The position numbers and the translations under genes are program-made. From Pseudomonadota bacterium (lineage in GTDB: Bacteria; Myxococcota_A; UBA9042; GCA-2863065), in contig SXOX01000044.1 in assembly GCA_005776585.1 (NCBI GenBank), positions 22,418 to 86,417 on the forward strand: 64,000 nt of DNA, read 5' to 3'. The stretch's first letter is position 1. Every line of letters begins with the position of its first letter. Below the pieces are notes generated by a model. It did no database searches. It saw only the letters and a program-made list of their open reading frames with translations, and had not been told where the DNA came from. This document shows, in pieces, positions 1 to 13,000 of this stretch.

Positions 1-595
1 CGTACAGCGTGACGTTGGTGAGCTGAACGTTCCCAACAGCTTCAATGGCGCCGCCGTTCCAAGCCGAGGTGTTGGCTGAGAGCGTGGAGTCGCTCACGGT
101 GAGCGATGGGCCCGTGGCGCGCACGCCGCCACCCGGGAAGGCCGCATTCGTCGCCTTGCAGCCCTTGAGGTGGACCCGCGCGAGCTCGGTGGCGCGCGCC
201 GTGTGGAGGCAGCCACCACGGGAGGCCGTCGCGTTTTGCAGCGTCACGTCCGTGAGCTTGAGCGCCGTCCCGGCCGCGCTGGCGTCCAGGAGGTTGCCGT
301 AGTTGCCGCTGGCGGGGGCCTGCACGATCAGCGAGCCGTCAATTGCGAGCGCCTTGGCGCCGGGGCCCGTGATCGTGACGGTCGGCGTCGCGGCTGCGAG
401 CACGAGCGGGCTCTTGAGCACGAGCGTGCCGGAGAGGCCCGCCTGGAACGTGACCGTGATGTCCTCGGTGCCCTGCGGCGCGAGCGCCTGACGGAGCGAG
501 CCGAGCCCGGTGTCGTTCAGATTGGTGACGACGGCGCTCTTGGCGTGCGCGACGCCCGCGAGGCCGCAGAGGATGAGCGCGAGACGCCCGTTCAT
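1..595 (-). CDS. Secreted beta-helix / CSLREA-like (polymorphic outer-membrane repeat) protein, 3'-truncated by the window edge
   Basis: Not in the ORF track because no stop is inside the window. Manual translation from ATG at 595: MNGRLALILCGLAGVAHA-KSAVVTNLNDTGLGSLRQAL...GGCL...GGGV...NTSAWNGGAI...LTNVTLY. Signal peptide, VTNxxDxGxGSLRxA motif and GGAI repeats. ATGA overlap with the upstream ompA stop. Confidence 0.75.
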   Translation of the reverse strand, partial: MNGRLALILCGLAGVAHAKSAVVTNLNDTGLGSLRQALAPQGTEDITVTFQAGLSGTLVLKSPLVLAAATPTVTITGPGAKALAIDGSLIVQAPASGNYGNLLDASAAGTALKLTDVTLQNATASRGGCLHTARATELARVHLKGCKATNAAFPGGGVRATGPSLTVSDSTLSANTSAWNGGAIEAVGNVQLTNVTLY

Positions 596-2337
596 GGGCT
601 TCCTCCCTCCGGCGCTTGCTTGCACCGGTTCTGCTTCGTGATCACGAAGGCGACGCGGCGGTTCTTGGACCGCCCGGCCTCGGAGTCGTTGTCGGTGACC
701 GGCTTGGAGAAGCCGAAGCCCTGGGCCTCGAGCCGCTGGGCCGCGATGCCCTTCTCGAGCAGGTAGCGGCGCACGGAGTCGGCCCGTCGCTGCGAGAGGC
801 GCAGGTTGTACCACTCGGAGGCGAGGTTGTCGGTGTGGCCTTCGATGCGGACCTGCTTGATGTAGGGTGCGGCGTCGAGGACCTTCGCGAGCTGGTCGAG
901 CAGCGGCAAGGACGCCACCTGGAGCGTGTCGGAGTCGAGCTTGAAGAAGACGTGCTCGAACACGACGCCCTGGCAGGTCACCTCGAAGTCGCCGCCCTCG
1001 TCGGGGCAGCCATCCTCGTCGTCGACGCCGTTCAGGACCTCGGGCGCATTCGGGCACTGGTCTGCGCGATCGAGGATGCCGTCCTGATCGTTGTCGGGGT
1101 CGGGGCAGCCGTCGTCGTCGGCGAAGCCGTCGCGATCCTCGGCGAGGCGCGGGCAGCGATCGGTGGCGTCCGGCACACCGTCCAGGTCATCGTCCAGGTC
1201 GGGACAGCCGTCGTCATCCTGGAAGCCATCGGCGTCCTCAGGTGTGTTGGGGCACTGGTCGGCCGCGCCCCGCACTCCGTCCCGATCCGGATCGTCGTCT
1301 GTCGCGACGACGGCGTCCTCCTCGGGACAGCCGTCCTCGTCCTCGACGCCGTCCGGATCCTCCGGTCGCGTGGGGCACTTGTCCTTCGCGTCGACGAGTC
1401 CGTCGCCGTCGCTGTCCTTGGTCTCTCGCGAGGGGCTGGCCCAGCCGACGCCCACCAGGAAGCGCACGTCCGGCGTACCGAAGCCCTGCAGCAGCCCCAT
1501 GCCCAGCGTGGCGTCCGCCAAGAAGCCGTTTTGCAGCGCGAGCTTGCCGCCGACGCGGGCCTCGAGCGGGAAGGCGTCCAGGCCGAAGCTCTTGCCCAAG
1601 ACCGAGATGCCGCCACCGAGCTCGGGGACGAGGTGAAAGGCGCCAAACGGGATGTCGGCGCCGAGGCCGTAGGTGAGCGTGTCGTCGACGGTGAGGTTGC
1701 CGAGCTCCGCGCGCTGCTTGAAGCGCCAGCCGACGTTGGCCATCAGCCGGGCACCGCCCGCAAACGTCCAGTCGAAGACGACGCGCGGCTCGGCCGAGAA
1801 GCCGCCGCCCAGAAACCGCTCCGGGTCACCCGACGGGATGAAGAAGGTGCTCTGGAGAGCGAGGCCGGCACGCGAGGACGCGCTCTGCGGCAGCAGCCGA
1901 ACCTTGAGCGAGGCCCGAATGTCGCCCATGCCAAAGCCTTGCCCAGCGCCCAGGCCGCTCAGGTCCGAGGTGGTGTCGCCCCCCTGCGTGAGCACCATGG
2001 GCACGTCGATGCCGAGCTCCACCCAATCGTAGAAGCCAATCGCGGCGAGCAGGTGCATGACGACCTGGTCCTTGACCAGGCTCCGCGCGCGCCCGCCCTC
2101 GGGGTCGAGCTCGACGAGCAGGTTCCGCGCATACCCGACAAGCGCGGTGGCCGAGACCTCCCACGGGCCGAGCAATCGGCTCGAGCTGACGCCGAGCGGA
2201 TCATCGCGCCGATTCGGGAGCGGGGCGAGCTGATTGGCGTCGAAGCCCTGCAGCACGGGCGTCTGCGCCGCGGCCGGCAGCGCCAACGTCAGCGTGAGCC
2301 ACAGGACCGGACCCAGGATGCGGCGTTGACCAGACAT
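592..2337 (-). CDS. OmpA-family outer-membrane protein with N-terminal beta-barrel and thrombospondin type-3 repeats (TraB-like architecture)
   Basis: Signal peptide (LTLALPAAAQ), DxDxDG..D.CP...ED.DG..DEDGCP repeats, C-terminal OmpA motifs IEGHTD, LSQRRA and NRRV. GGAGG before ATG 2337 favours this start over 2355. Confidence 0.9.
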   Translation of the reverse strand: MSGQRRILGPVLWLTLTLALPAAAQTPVLQGFDANQLAPLPNRRDDPLGVSSSRLLGPWEVSATALVGYARNLLVELDPEGGRARSLVKDQVVMHLLAAIGFYDWVELGIDVPMVLTQGGDTTSDLSGLGAGQGFGMGDIRASLKVRLLPQSASSRAGLALQSTFFIPSGDPERFLGGGFSAEPRVVFDWTFAGGARLMANVGWRFKQRAELGNLTVDDTLTYGLGADIPFGAFHLVPELGGGISVLGKSFGLDAFPLEARVGGKLALQNGFLADATLGMGLLQGFGTPDVRFLVGVGWASPSRETKDSDGDGLVDAKDKCPTRPEDPDGVEDEDGCPEEDAVVATDDDPDRDGVRGAADQCPNTPEDADGFQDDDGCPDLDDDLDGVPDATDRCPRLAEDRDGFADDDGCPDPDNDQDGILDRADQCPNAPEVLNGVDDEDGCPDEGGDFEVTCQGVVFEHVFFKLDSDTLQVASLPLLDQLAKVLDAAPYIKQVRIEGHTDNLASEWYNLRLSQRRADSVRRYLLEKGIAAQRLEAQGFGFSKPVTDNDSEAGRSKNRRVAFVITKQNRCKQAPEGGSP

Positions 2338-2433
2338 GCGATTCCTCCCTCGCAATCACTCTGGATAGCGCGGGCGGATCGTCGGGTCGAAGATATTGTG
2401 GTAAACTAAATATAAGACGGGCGGTGAGGCGTG

Positions 2434-3858
2434 TTAGGGGCGCCACTCGACTGTGAGTCCGACCGTCGGGCCGGCGTAGGTCGAGCGCTTCTTGCAGGTG
2501 CTGACGAAGGCGGTGCCGGTCGCCGTATCGGTCTTGGCGCACTCGACGTCGTCGCGGCCGCTGAGCGCGCCACCGCCGACCAGCGGCGTGAAGTACCAGG
2601 AGCCGTGGCGCCCATTGCCAAAGGCGCGAATGCGGAGGCCGAGGTCGCCAAAGCCGTGATCCGGGGCGCCCTCGCCTTGGAGCACGAGCTGCAGCCGCGA
2701 CGTAAGCGGGATGAAGAAGCTCGCGGAGGTGCCGCCGTAGCCGAACTTGCTCTCCCGATAGACGAAGGAGTTCTTCACGAGCACGTTCAGGCCGTCACGC
2801 GGCCCAAGCCGCGCCGTCTGAGCGAACGCGAAGCCGCTCACGTCCGTGTCGGCCGACTGCACGTAGCCGAGGCCGAGGCCGACCTCGAAGAACTCGCCGT
2901 CGAAGCTCAGCCCGCCGATGAAGCCGCCGTGGATCGCGGAGACGCCGTCCTCGGCGCCAAAACCGAACGCCAGCGGAATGGCCTCGAAGCTGAGCGCGAT
3001 CGGCAGCTGGAAGCGGTAGCCGACCGAGAGAGCGGCGACCACGCCGAAGCCGCCCGTGCCGATCGGGATGAGAGGGCGCAGACCGAGGCCGACCTCGAAG
3101 TGGCCGCCGGTGCGCGGCGGGCGGAGCAGGCTGGCCGTGGGTGACTCCCGCGTTTTGGCCGCGAGCGTGCCGACCGGGACCTCCTCGTTGGAGCCGAGGG
3201 CGACCTCGGCGCGATCGTCGGCGACGACGGTCACGATGCCCACGGCCAGCGTCTCGACGCGCATGACTCCGCCTCCGGGCCCCATGAGGGCCGGGACGCG
3301 CGCGAACAGCGCCATGGTGTCGCTCACGTCGACGCCGTGGTTCTTGCCGAGCGAGACGATCGCCTTGCCGGGCGCGATCTCGACGACCTTGCCCTCCTTG
3401 ACCTCGGGCTTCGCGTCGTTCGCGCGCGTCATGGGCGCCATGACAACGGGCGCCCCACCGGAGTCGCTGCGCACCTGGCCGAGGGGGCGCGCCTCGGGGC
3501 GGGCGAGACGAACCCACACCTCGCCATCGACCAAGAAGAAGCCCAGCACGTCACCCTCGGCGCGAGAGCGGGTCACCACGGTTGGCGTGGGCGCAAGCGA
3601 CACGACGACGTAACCGTCGCGCCCGCACGCCACGTAGGCGGCGTTCCCTGACTCCAGCACGGAGACAGCGCCGCAGCCGAGCTCGAGCCGGAGGGGCTCG
3701 GCGCCGTCGGTGGCAATCACGAGCGCGCTGCCCTCGGTTCTGAGCGTGCGCGCGGCGTGCGCGACGTCGGCGAAACCGACGACACAGGCAACAGTGGCGG
3801 CCAATCCGACGACCCAGACAACGGAGGCAGCGCGGGTGTCGGGAGCGAGGATGGACAT
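2434..3858 (-). CDS. Hypothetical secreted/outer-membrane protein with probable C-terminal beta-barrel
   Basis: 474-aa ORF, AGGAGG before ATG, signal peptide ending AHA, amphipathic beta-strand pattern and terminal ...LTVEWRP. Confidence 0.7.
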   Translation of the reverse strand: MSILAPDTRAASVVWVVGLAATVACVVGFADVAHAARTLRTEGSALVIATDGAEPLRLELGCGAVSVLESGNAAYVACGRDGYVVVSLAPTPTVVTRSRAEGDVLGFFLVDGEVWVRLARPEARPLGQVRSDSGGAPVVMAPMTRANDAKPEVKEGKVVEIAPGKAIVSLGKNHGVDVSDTMALFARVPALMGPGGGVMRVETLAVGIVTVVADDRAEVALGSNEEVPVGTLAAKTRESPTASLLRPPRTGGHFEVGLGLRPLIPIGTGGFGVVAALSVGYRFQLPIALSFEAIPLAFGFGAEDGVSAIHGGFIGGLSFDGEFFEVGLGLGYVQSADTDVSGFAFAQTARLGPRDGLNVLVKNSFVYRESKFGYGGTSASFFIPLTSRLQLVLQGEGAPDHGFGDLGLRIRAFGNGRHGSWYFTPLVGGGALSGRDDVECAKTDTATGTAFVSTCKKRSTYAGPTVGLTVEWRP

Positions 3859-4047
3859 GACATGCCTCCTTGGGCGGTTCGACCGGACGGCGGCGTGAAT
3901 AGCACGCGGAGGCCGACGAGGCGAACTTCAGGTCGGACGGCGGTCAGCCACGCCTGCGCGTCCCCGCCAATGGGTAGCGGCGATGGCATCGAAGGCGGCT
4001 TCCAATTGCCCCGGCTGGCCTGCTACCGTGGGGCTGGAGGTCACACC

Positions 4048-7000
4048 ATGTCAGGTCACCCATCGCGCGTCGCGCTCTTCTGTACAACGCTTGCGCTTGC
4101 GGCGCTCAGCGCGTGTTCGAAGGACGACGGTCTCGGGACCGTCGGCGGAAATCAACCGACGCAGGACAGCGCCGGGGGCCAGGACACGGTTACGGCGGTC
4201 GACCCAGGGCCGCCGGCGCCGGAGACGCACGCGACGGGCCTGGCTCCGGTGCTCTATCGGTTGCTGCCCAGCCAAGGGCCGACCGAGGGCGGCTCGGTCA
4301 TCGTCGTGGAGGGCGCGGGCTTCTACCCAACGGCGCGCGTGCGCTTCGGCACCGCGGAAGCCACGGTCGTCACGGTCTACGACCCGGGCCACATCGTGGT
4401 GAAGACCCCGGCGTCGGTGGCCGGCGTCATGGACGTCACGGTCGAGAACCCCGACGGAGGCAAGACGACCTTCGCCGGCGGCTTCACCTACTGGCTCAAG
4501 CAGCCCAACGCCGCGACGGAGGGCCCGCGGCTGGTCCAAGTCACGCCCAACTCGGGGCCCGCGGTCGGTGGGACGGCCGCCGCGCTCATCGGCACGACCT
4601 TCACGGAGGGCGCGGTCGTGCTGTTCAACTGGCGCCTCGTGCCCCAAGCCAGGGTCATCTCGGCGACGCAAGCCGCGTTCGTCACGTTGCCCGCACCGGC
4701 CGGAAGTGTGGACGTCGTGTTGACCAACCCGGATGGCCAGTCGTCCATCCTCACGAACGCCTTCGCTGCAACAGGCGGTCAAGAGCTCGAGCCCCCGCCG
4801 CACATCGGGGCGGTGTCGCCGGCCAGTGGCCCCGTCGGGGGGGGCACCGCAGTCACCATCACGGGAGACGGTCTGCGGCCCGGCTCGATCGCCTTGCTCG
4901 ATGGCGCGCTCGTCACCGATTGGAAGGTCATCTCTGGCACTGAGGCGCGCTTCACGACCCCGAAGCACGCGCCCGGTGTCGCGCCGCTCTGGGTCTCCAA
5001 CGCCGACGGCCAGTCGGCCTTTGCCAACAAGGCCTTCCTCTTCTTCGACGCCCCGCCCACTGTCTACCATGTCACGCCCGATTTGGGGCCGAGCGCTGGC
5101 GGCACGGTCGTCACCATTTCGGGAGCCCGATTCGCGCAAGGCGCGACGGTCAGCCTGGGCGGAAAGCCCTGCGCGGCGCTCACGGTCGTCGACGCGGCGC
5201 AGCTCACCTGCACGACGCCCGCGGGCACGACGAACACCTCGGTCGACCTGCTGTTGACCAACCCCGACGGCCTCGTAGCGCAGCTCCCCGCGGCCTTCCG
5301 GTACGAGGACCCCATCGCGCCGCCCCCGCTGACGCTCACGGGTGCCATCCCGATGCAGGGCCCCGCCGAGGGCGGCATCCTCGTCTACCTGCAAGGCACC
5401 GGCTTCACCGACGCCCTGGAGGTCCGCTTCGGCGACACCGTGGCGACGCCGGTGTGGGTGCCAGGCGCGGTCGGCCTCGTCGCGACGCTGCCACCGGGCG
5501 CGCCCGGCCAGGTGAAGGTCGGCGTGCGCGCCAAGCAGACGCTCGGCCCATGGGTGGAGCTTCCTTCGCCGTTTACCTACGTCGCCAAGCCCACGGTCCA
5601 GAAGCTGCTCGACCTCGAGAGCGTCCAGCCACCCTCGGGACCGACCGCGGGCGGCGGCCTCGTGCTGCTGCGCGGCGCGGCGTTTCCGCCGGACCTGGCC
5701 GTGTGGTTCGGGCCGACCAAGGCCGCGACGGTGCACGTCCTGTCCACGACTCTGGCGACGGTGCGGGTCCCCGCGGGCAAGGCGGGCGTCGTCGACGTCA
5801 CGGTCGCGGACACGACAGGCGCGAGCGCCGCGCTCAAGAGCGGCTACCTCTACGCAACGCCGGACCCAGCGCAAGCGCCCAAGCTCACCAAGCTCGTCCC
5901 GCCGAGCGGTCCCGCGGCAGGCGGCACGCTCGCGCTCCTTCAAGGCTCCGGCCTCGTCCAGGGCGGGCTCGCGTTCCTCGACGCGACGCCGCTCGAGCAC
6001 GTCACGCTGGTCGGCCCTTCCGCGGCCTCGCTGCGGTCGACGCCTCACGCGGCCGGCACCGTGGACGTGACGTGGGTCAACCCCGACGGCCAGTGGGCGG
6101 CGCTCAGCGGCGCCTTCACCTACGTCAGCGGCGCGCTCGGCACGGTCACCGTGAGCGGCATCACGCCGTTGCAGGGCTCCACGCTGGGCGGGACCGCCAT
6201 CTCCGTCACGGGCTCGGGCTTCACGCCGGGCAGCCTCCTGTTCCTCGGCGGCATCCCGCACGACGTGACGGGCAACGGCTCCACGGCGCTGACCTCGGCG
6301 ACGCAGCCCCACGCCGCGGGCGCCGTCGACGTCGCGGTCACCTCGCCGAGCGGCGTCACGGCCGTGTTGGCGAGCGGCTACACCTACGCGCTCGAGCCGC
6401 CCATCGTCCACGAGACCCTGCCATCCCATGGCGCCGCCGCGGGAGGAAACACGGTCACCGTCCTTGGGAGCGGGTTCGCCAACGGCGCCGGCGTCGCCTT
6501 TGGCGCCCTGCCCTGCCTGGGCGTCGTGGTCACCTCCCCGGCCGAGCTCAGCTGCCAGGCTCCCGCGGGGACGCCGGGCGCAAGCGTCGCCGTGACGGTG
6601 TCCAATCCGAGCGGCCTCGTGGGCACGCTCCCGAGCGCCTACACTTACGACGTGCCGGCGGGCGCTCCCGTCGTACTGACGGTGAGCCCCACGTCGGGAC
6701 CGACGACCGGAGAGCTGCTTGTCCTCATCACCGGCCAGAGCTTCCAGCCGGGAGCCAGCGTGACGTTTGGCGCGGTGGCCTCCCCCGACGTCCACGTCCC
6801 GAGCAGCGACGCCATCGTGGCCGCTCTCCCGCCGGCGCCCGAGGGCACGGTCTCGGTCACGGTCAAGAACCCCGATGGCAAGGCGAGCACGCTGCCCAGC
6901 GCCTTTACGTACGTCGTGGCGAGCACCGGAGGCGGCCCTGCGCAGTCCGCGTCGCTAGCGGTCGTGACACCGCCGGCCGGTCCGGTCGCCGGCGGCGGCC

Positions 7001-10000
7001 ACGTCATCCTGCGGGGCTATGGCTTCGTCGAGGGGATGCAGGCGAGCTTCGGCAAGACCGTCTCTCCCAAGGTCGTGCTCGTGGATCCGGGCACGGCGAT
7101 CGCGACCGTGCCCGCCGCCGCGGGGCCAGGAGCGGTCGACGTGAGCCTCGTGCTGCCGTCGGGCGCGACCGCGAAGCTCGCGAGCGCCTATGCCTATGTG
7201 GCAGGCGTGGGCTCGGCGCCCGCGCTCACGGCCATCAAGCCGCCCATCGGCCCGACCATTGGCGGCACGCTGGCCCTGGTCACCGGGCAGAACCTCGACA
7301 GCGGCGCACTCGTTTTCATCGACGGCGTCCCGGCCACCGCCGTCCGTCGCAGCAGCAGCGCGCTCGGCACGTTCAAGACGCCGGCCAATGACGCAGGCCC
7401 CGCCGACGTCGAGTGGGTCAACCCGGACGGCTTCTGGGCGAAGCTCGAGGGCGCGTTCATCTACACGACCGGCGGCAAGGCGAGCACGACCGTCACCGCC
7501 GTGGTCCCGGTCCAAGGCTCGGTCGCCGGGGGCACCGTGCTCTCGGTCTCGGGGACGGGCTTCGCGCCGGGGAGTCTCCTGTTCCTCGACGGCGAGCCCA
7601 TCGACGCCAAGGTGCTCTCGTCCAAGACGCTCACGGCCACGACGCCGCCGCACGCCGCGGGGCTCGTCGACCTGTCGGTGACCCCACCAGACGGCTGGAC
7701 CGCGACGCTGCCGGGCGCGTTCAACTTCGTCGTCGAGCAGCCGTTCCTCGCAGCGGTGACGCCGTCGCTGGGCCTCGTCGCGGGCGGCACGACTGTCACG
7801 CTCGTCGGCCAGGGCTTCCACCCGAGCGCTCAGGTCACGTGGGCCGGCGGCACGGTCGCGGCGACCTGGCTCGACGGAGGTCACCTGACGCTGTCCGTCC
7901 CCGCGCACGACGTCGGCACGGTGGCCGTCACGGTCACGAACCCCGACGGGCTGTCGGACACGCTCGAGGGCGCTTACACGTATGTGCTGTCGCTGCCCGG
8001 AAGCGAAATCGGCCTGACCGGCGTGGCTCCCGCCTTCGTCCCGACCTCGGGCGGGACCTGGGTCGCCGTGACCGGGAAGAGTTTCGGCGTCGACACGGTC
8101 GCCCTGTTCGGGAACGCGGTCGCGACCAGCGCGACGCTCGTCGACGCGGGCACCCTGCTCGTCGCCGCGCCCGCGCAGGCGAGCCCCGGACCGGTGGACC
8201 TGAGCGTCGTGGCCACCTCGGGCGCGACGGCCAAGCTCCCGAAGGCCGTCGTCTACTACGACGCCGCGAGCCTCGGGCCCTGGCCGGTCGTGAGCAGCAT
8301 GTTCCCCGTGCTCGGACCCACCGAGGGCGGCACCGTCGCGGCCATCGCCGTCGCCCCGGCGCGCGCGGACGCGGCCGTCTGGGTCGGCGACACGCAGGCC
8401 ACGGTGCTCGGCACCGATGGCACCGACACGCTCGTCGTGAAGATGCCGCCCGCGTCTGCCGTCGGGACGCGCTCGGTGACCGTCGTCTTCCCTGAAGGCA
8501 AGGCCGGCGCGGTCTCCGGCGGATTCACGTATTACGTCAAGAAGCCCACTCAGGTCGCGCCCACGCTCGCGTCCATCGCCCCGACTGGTGGCAAGACCTC
8601 CGGCGGTCAGGCCGTCGCCCTCAAGGGACAGGCCTTTGCCAACGCGGCGCGCGGCTTCATCGGCTATCGGCCGCTCGTCGAGCCCAAGTGGACGAGCGCG
8701 CTTCAGCTCGACGGCAAGGCGCCCACGGGCACCGTCGGCCTCGCCGACGTCGCGGTCACCAACCCCGATGGCCTCACCGCCGTCCTGCCCGCGGGCTTCG
8801 CCTTCTCGGCGCCCAAGCCCAACGTCAACCTCGTCTTCCCCTCGGTCGGCTCCGTCAAGGGCGGGCTCTCCGTCGTCGTCAGCGGCGAGGACCTCCACGC
8901 GCAGGCCACGCTCACCTTCGGTGGCAAGGCGGGGACGAACGTCGTCGTGTTCTCGCCGCAGCTCATGACGGCCACGCTGCCCGCGACAGCGACCGCCGGC
9001 CCGGTCGACGTGACCGTCACCAACCCGGGCCCGCTCGCCGGCACGTTGGCCGGGGGATTCACCTACACCGACAAGACCTTCACCGCGCCCGCACCCGACG
9101 TCATGGCGTTGGTCCCGGCCCAAGGCCCATACGCCGGCGGCACCGTGCTCGCCCTCTACGGCGCGAGCTTCCAGCCGGGCGCGCAGGTGCTCTTTGGCGG
9201 CAAGCCTGCGACGGTGCACCGGGTGGAGGGCGGCTTTGCCGTCGTCACTTCGCCGTCTGGTTTCATCGGCGCGGTCGACGTCACCCTGCTCAATCCAGAC
9301 GGCCAGGCCGACACGCTGCCGGCGGGCTTCAGCTACCTCACCCCCGCCGCCAAGACGCCGAAGCTCTTCGGCATCACGCCCTCGGCAGGCCCCGAGGCGG
9401 GTGGCACGCCCTCCATCCTCACGGGCGATGCGTTCACGGGCGGAGGCCTGGGCTTCGTGGGCTATCGGCCGCTGTCGTCGTGGACGGTGCTGAACGGCGC
9501 CATCGCCACGGGCACCATCGACACGCTCGAGCCCGGCGCGCACGACGTCGTCGAGACCAACGGCGACGGGCAGTCGGCTACACTCAAGGGCGGCTTCAGC
9601 TCCGTCGGTGCGCCCGTCATCGACGGCATCGAGCCGGCCTACGGTCCGACGAGCGGCGGCACGCTGGTGACCCTCGCCGGGAAGAACTTCGCCACGGGGC
9701 TCAAGCTCACCTTCGGCGGCGTGCCCGCGCAGGCGGTGCAGGTCCTGTCGCCGTTCGTGGTCAAGTGCCAGACGCCGCCGGGGACCGCGGGTCCGGCCCA
9801 GGTCAAGATCGTCAACCCGGACGCGCAGCTCACGGTCGCGGCCAGCCCGTTCGTCTATCTCGCCCCGCCCGAGATTACCGGCACTTTCCCGAAGCGCGGA
9901 CCGGCGACCGGCGGCACGCCCGTCATCATCAGCGGCAACGGCCTGCTCACCACGAGCCAGGTGCTCTTTGGCAGCAAGCCGGCGACCAAGCTGAGCTGGC

Positions 10001-13000
10001 TCAGCCAGGGTGGGACGCAGACCGGCTCGAGCGCCGGCGACACGGTCAAAGCGCTCGTCGCGACCGCACCGCCGGGCACCATCGGCGCCAAGGTGGACCT
10101 GACGGTCACCAACCCCGACGGGCAGTCGGCCATCGCCTACGCGGCCTTCGAGTACGTCGATCCGGCCACGCTGGGTCCGGCTCCGACCCTCGGCGCCCTG
10201 CTTCCGCCGACGGGTCCCACGACCGGCGGGACCTGGGGCCTCGCCTCGGGCACGAACCTCGCGCCCGGGAGCCAGCTCGTGCTCGGTACGGCGCTCGCGG
10301 AGACTCACGTGCTCGCGGCCACCCAGCTGCGCTTCGTCTCCGGCGCGACGAGCGCTGCGGGCCCGGTCGATGTCTGGATCGTCCAGCCCGATGGGCAGTC
10401 GGCGCTCCTCCCCGATGGCTTCACCTACACGCTGCTATCGACCTTGGGGCCAGCCCCGGCAATCGCCGAGGTCGACCCCGAGCGGGGACCGACCAAGGGC
10501 GGGACCCACGTCACCGTCTCCGGCAACGGGCTCACGGCGCAAGCGCTCGTGTTCTTCGGTACGACGCCGGCACCGGCGGTCGCGCTACAGGGCGCAGCAC
10601 TCGACGCGACGACGCCGCCGCATGGCCCGGGCACGGTGACGGTCACCGTCACCGCGAACGACGGCCAGACGGTGCATGCGCCGGACGCCTACACCTTTGT
10701 GCCGCCGCCGGTGCTCACCGGGATCGCCCCCGTGGCGGGACCCGCCGCGGGTGGGACGTACGTGACGCTGACGGGCCAGGACTTCGCCAAGACGCCGGTC
10801 ATTTACTTCTGCGATGACTGGTCCCAGAACGACGCCTGCGCGCCGTGTGACGCCGTCGTCTTTACAAGCAAGACCACCGTTTCGTGCACGACCCCCGCGC
10901 ACACGGCGGGTGACACCCAGGTCGTGCTCAAGAACCCCGACGGCCAGGTGTCCATCCTGGAGAGCGGCTTCCTGTTCCGCCCACCGCCGACCATCACCGC
11001 GCTCGTGCCACCGACGGGATCGACGCTCGGCGCGACCAAGGTGACCGTCTACGGCAAGGACTTCCAGCCCGGCGCCACCGTGACCATCGGCGGGACCGCG
11101 GCGTTGGACGTCACGGTCCTCGACTCCGAGACGCTCACGTTGACCACGCCACCGGGCACGGCCGGTCCCGCGGTCGTCGTGCTCAAGAACCCCGATGGCG
11201 GACTCAAGACGCTTGCGGGCGGCTTCGTGTACGTGCCACCGCCGATTGTGACCAACGTCTTCCCCAACCTCGGACCGGAGCCCGGCGGGACGGTCATCAC
11301 GATTCAGGGCACCGGCTTCGTGCCGGGCGCGGCCAGCGCGGTCTCCAAGGTCCAGATCGGCCAGAACCTCGTCGACGCCGCCAAGGTCAATGTCATCTCG
11401 AGCCTGCTCATCCAGGCCGAGACGCCGCCGGGCGTCGGACCCGCGGCGGTCAAGGTCATCAACCCCGACGGCCAGACCGGCGTGCTCGCGGGCGCCTTCA
11501 CGTATGTACCGCTCGTGCCCGCGCCTGAGGTCAAGACCGTGACCCCGCCGTATGGGCCGACCAGCGGCGGCTACATCGTGAAGCTCACAGGCAACCACTT
11601 CCTCGACGGCGCCGAGGTGGCCTTCGGCAAGGGCGACACCTGGTCGGTGTCCTATGACGTGTCGGTGAAGAACAACGGCACGTTGATTGTGTGCACCGCG
11701 CCGGCGCACCCCGCAGGGAAGGTCGACGTGCGCGTGACCAACACCGACGGTCAGTCGCACGCGCTCACGCTCGCGTTCGAGTACACCGAACCGCAGGGGC
11801 TTCCAGGACTTGCGTTCGCCGGGATCGAGCCCAAGCGCGGTCCGACGAAGGGCGGCTACTTCACGACGGTCTTCGGCCAAGGCTTCAAGCAGGGCATGAA
11901 GGTCTATGTCGGCAGCTCCAAGACCTCCACGTGGACCGAGGCGCTGGACGTCATTCGGCTCGGTCCGACGCTCCTGCGCGTCAAGATGCCGCAGATGCCC
12001 AAGGGTCCCGTCGACGTCCGTCTGTCCAATCCGGCGCTCGGCGGCGTGGCCGACGAGGTCATCGGCGCCGTCGCGTTCACGTACGGCCAAGGCGTCGTGA
12101 TGACGCCGAAGGGTCACCTGTTGCCCATCGACGTCACACAGAACGATCGACAGCCGGTGATCTTCGACGCCAACGGCGACGCGCTGCCGGACGTGATGAT
12201 CATGCACCACAACCAGAAGCCGGACCTGTTCATCAACACGCGGGACGCCCAGGGCAACGCGGGCGTGTTCGTCGATCAGACCGCGACCAACATTCAGTCG
12301 GACATCCCCACCAACTGCTGGGAGATGAACTTCGCGCGGCCCATCGACATCGACAAGGATGGCGACCTCGACGTGCTCTACTGGTCGGGCTATTGCTATT
12401 ACGATCTCAAGGTCTGGCGGAACAATGGCAACGGCATCTTCAAGGTCGAGAGTGTCTCGACCAGCTACTATGGTGTCCAAGACGTGACGGTCGCCGACTT
12501 CAACTGTGACGGCCTCGTCGATGTGTTCCTCTCGCGCTGGTCCGACCAGCTCAAGGTGCTGCTCATCAATGACGGAACCGGGTACTTCCGCGAGCCGTCC
12601 TACAGCATGCCGTTCAACTACGACAGCATCCTTCCGGCGCACAAAGAGCCCACGCGCGCGGCCGCGGCAGCCGACGTCGACCACGACGGCGACATGGACC
12701 TCGTCATTGCCAACGATCAGGCCACGCAGGACCGGCTCTACTACAACAACTGCAACAACATCACGCTCCCCCCCCAGTGTGTCTACAACGTGCCGAACTG
12801 CACGATGACCGACCGCGACGGGCACCGCTACGCGTTCTGCAGCGAGGGGAAGAGTTGGTACGACGCCGACACGCACTGCAAGCGCTACGGGATGCGTCTG
12901 GCGACGGTGAACGACGCCGACGAGGGCGCGTTCCTCAAAGCGTCGATGGGCGATCACTCGTGGCTCGGCGGGTCGGACGCGGCCAAGGAGGGCACCTGGG

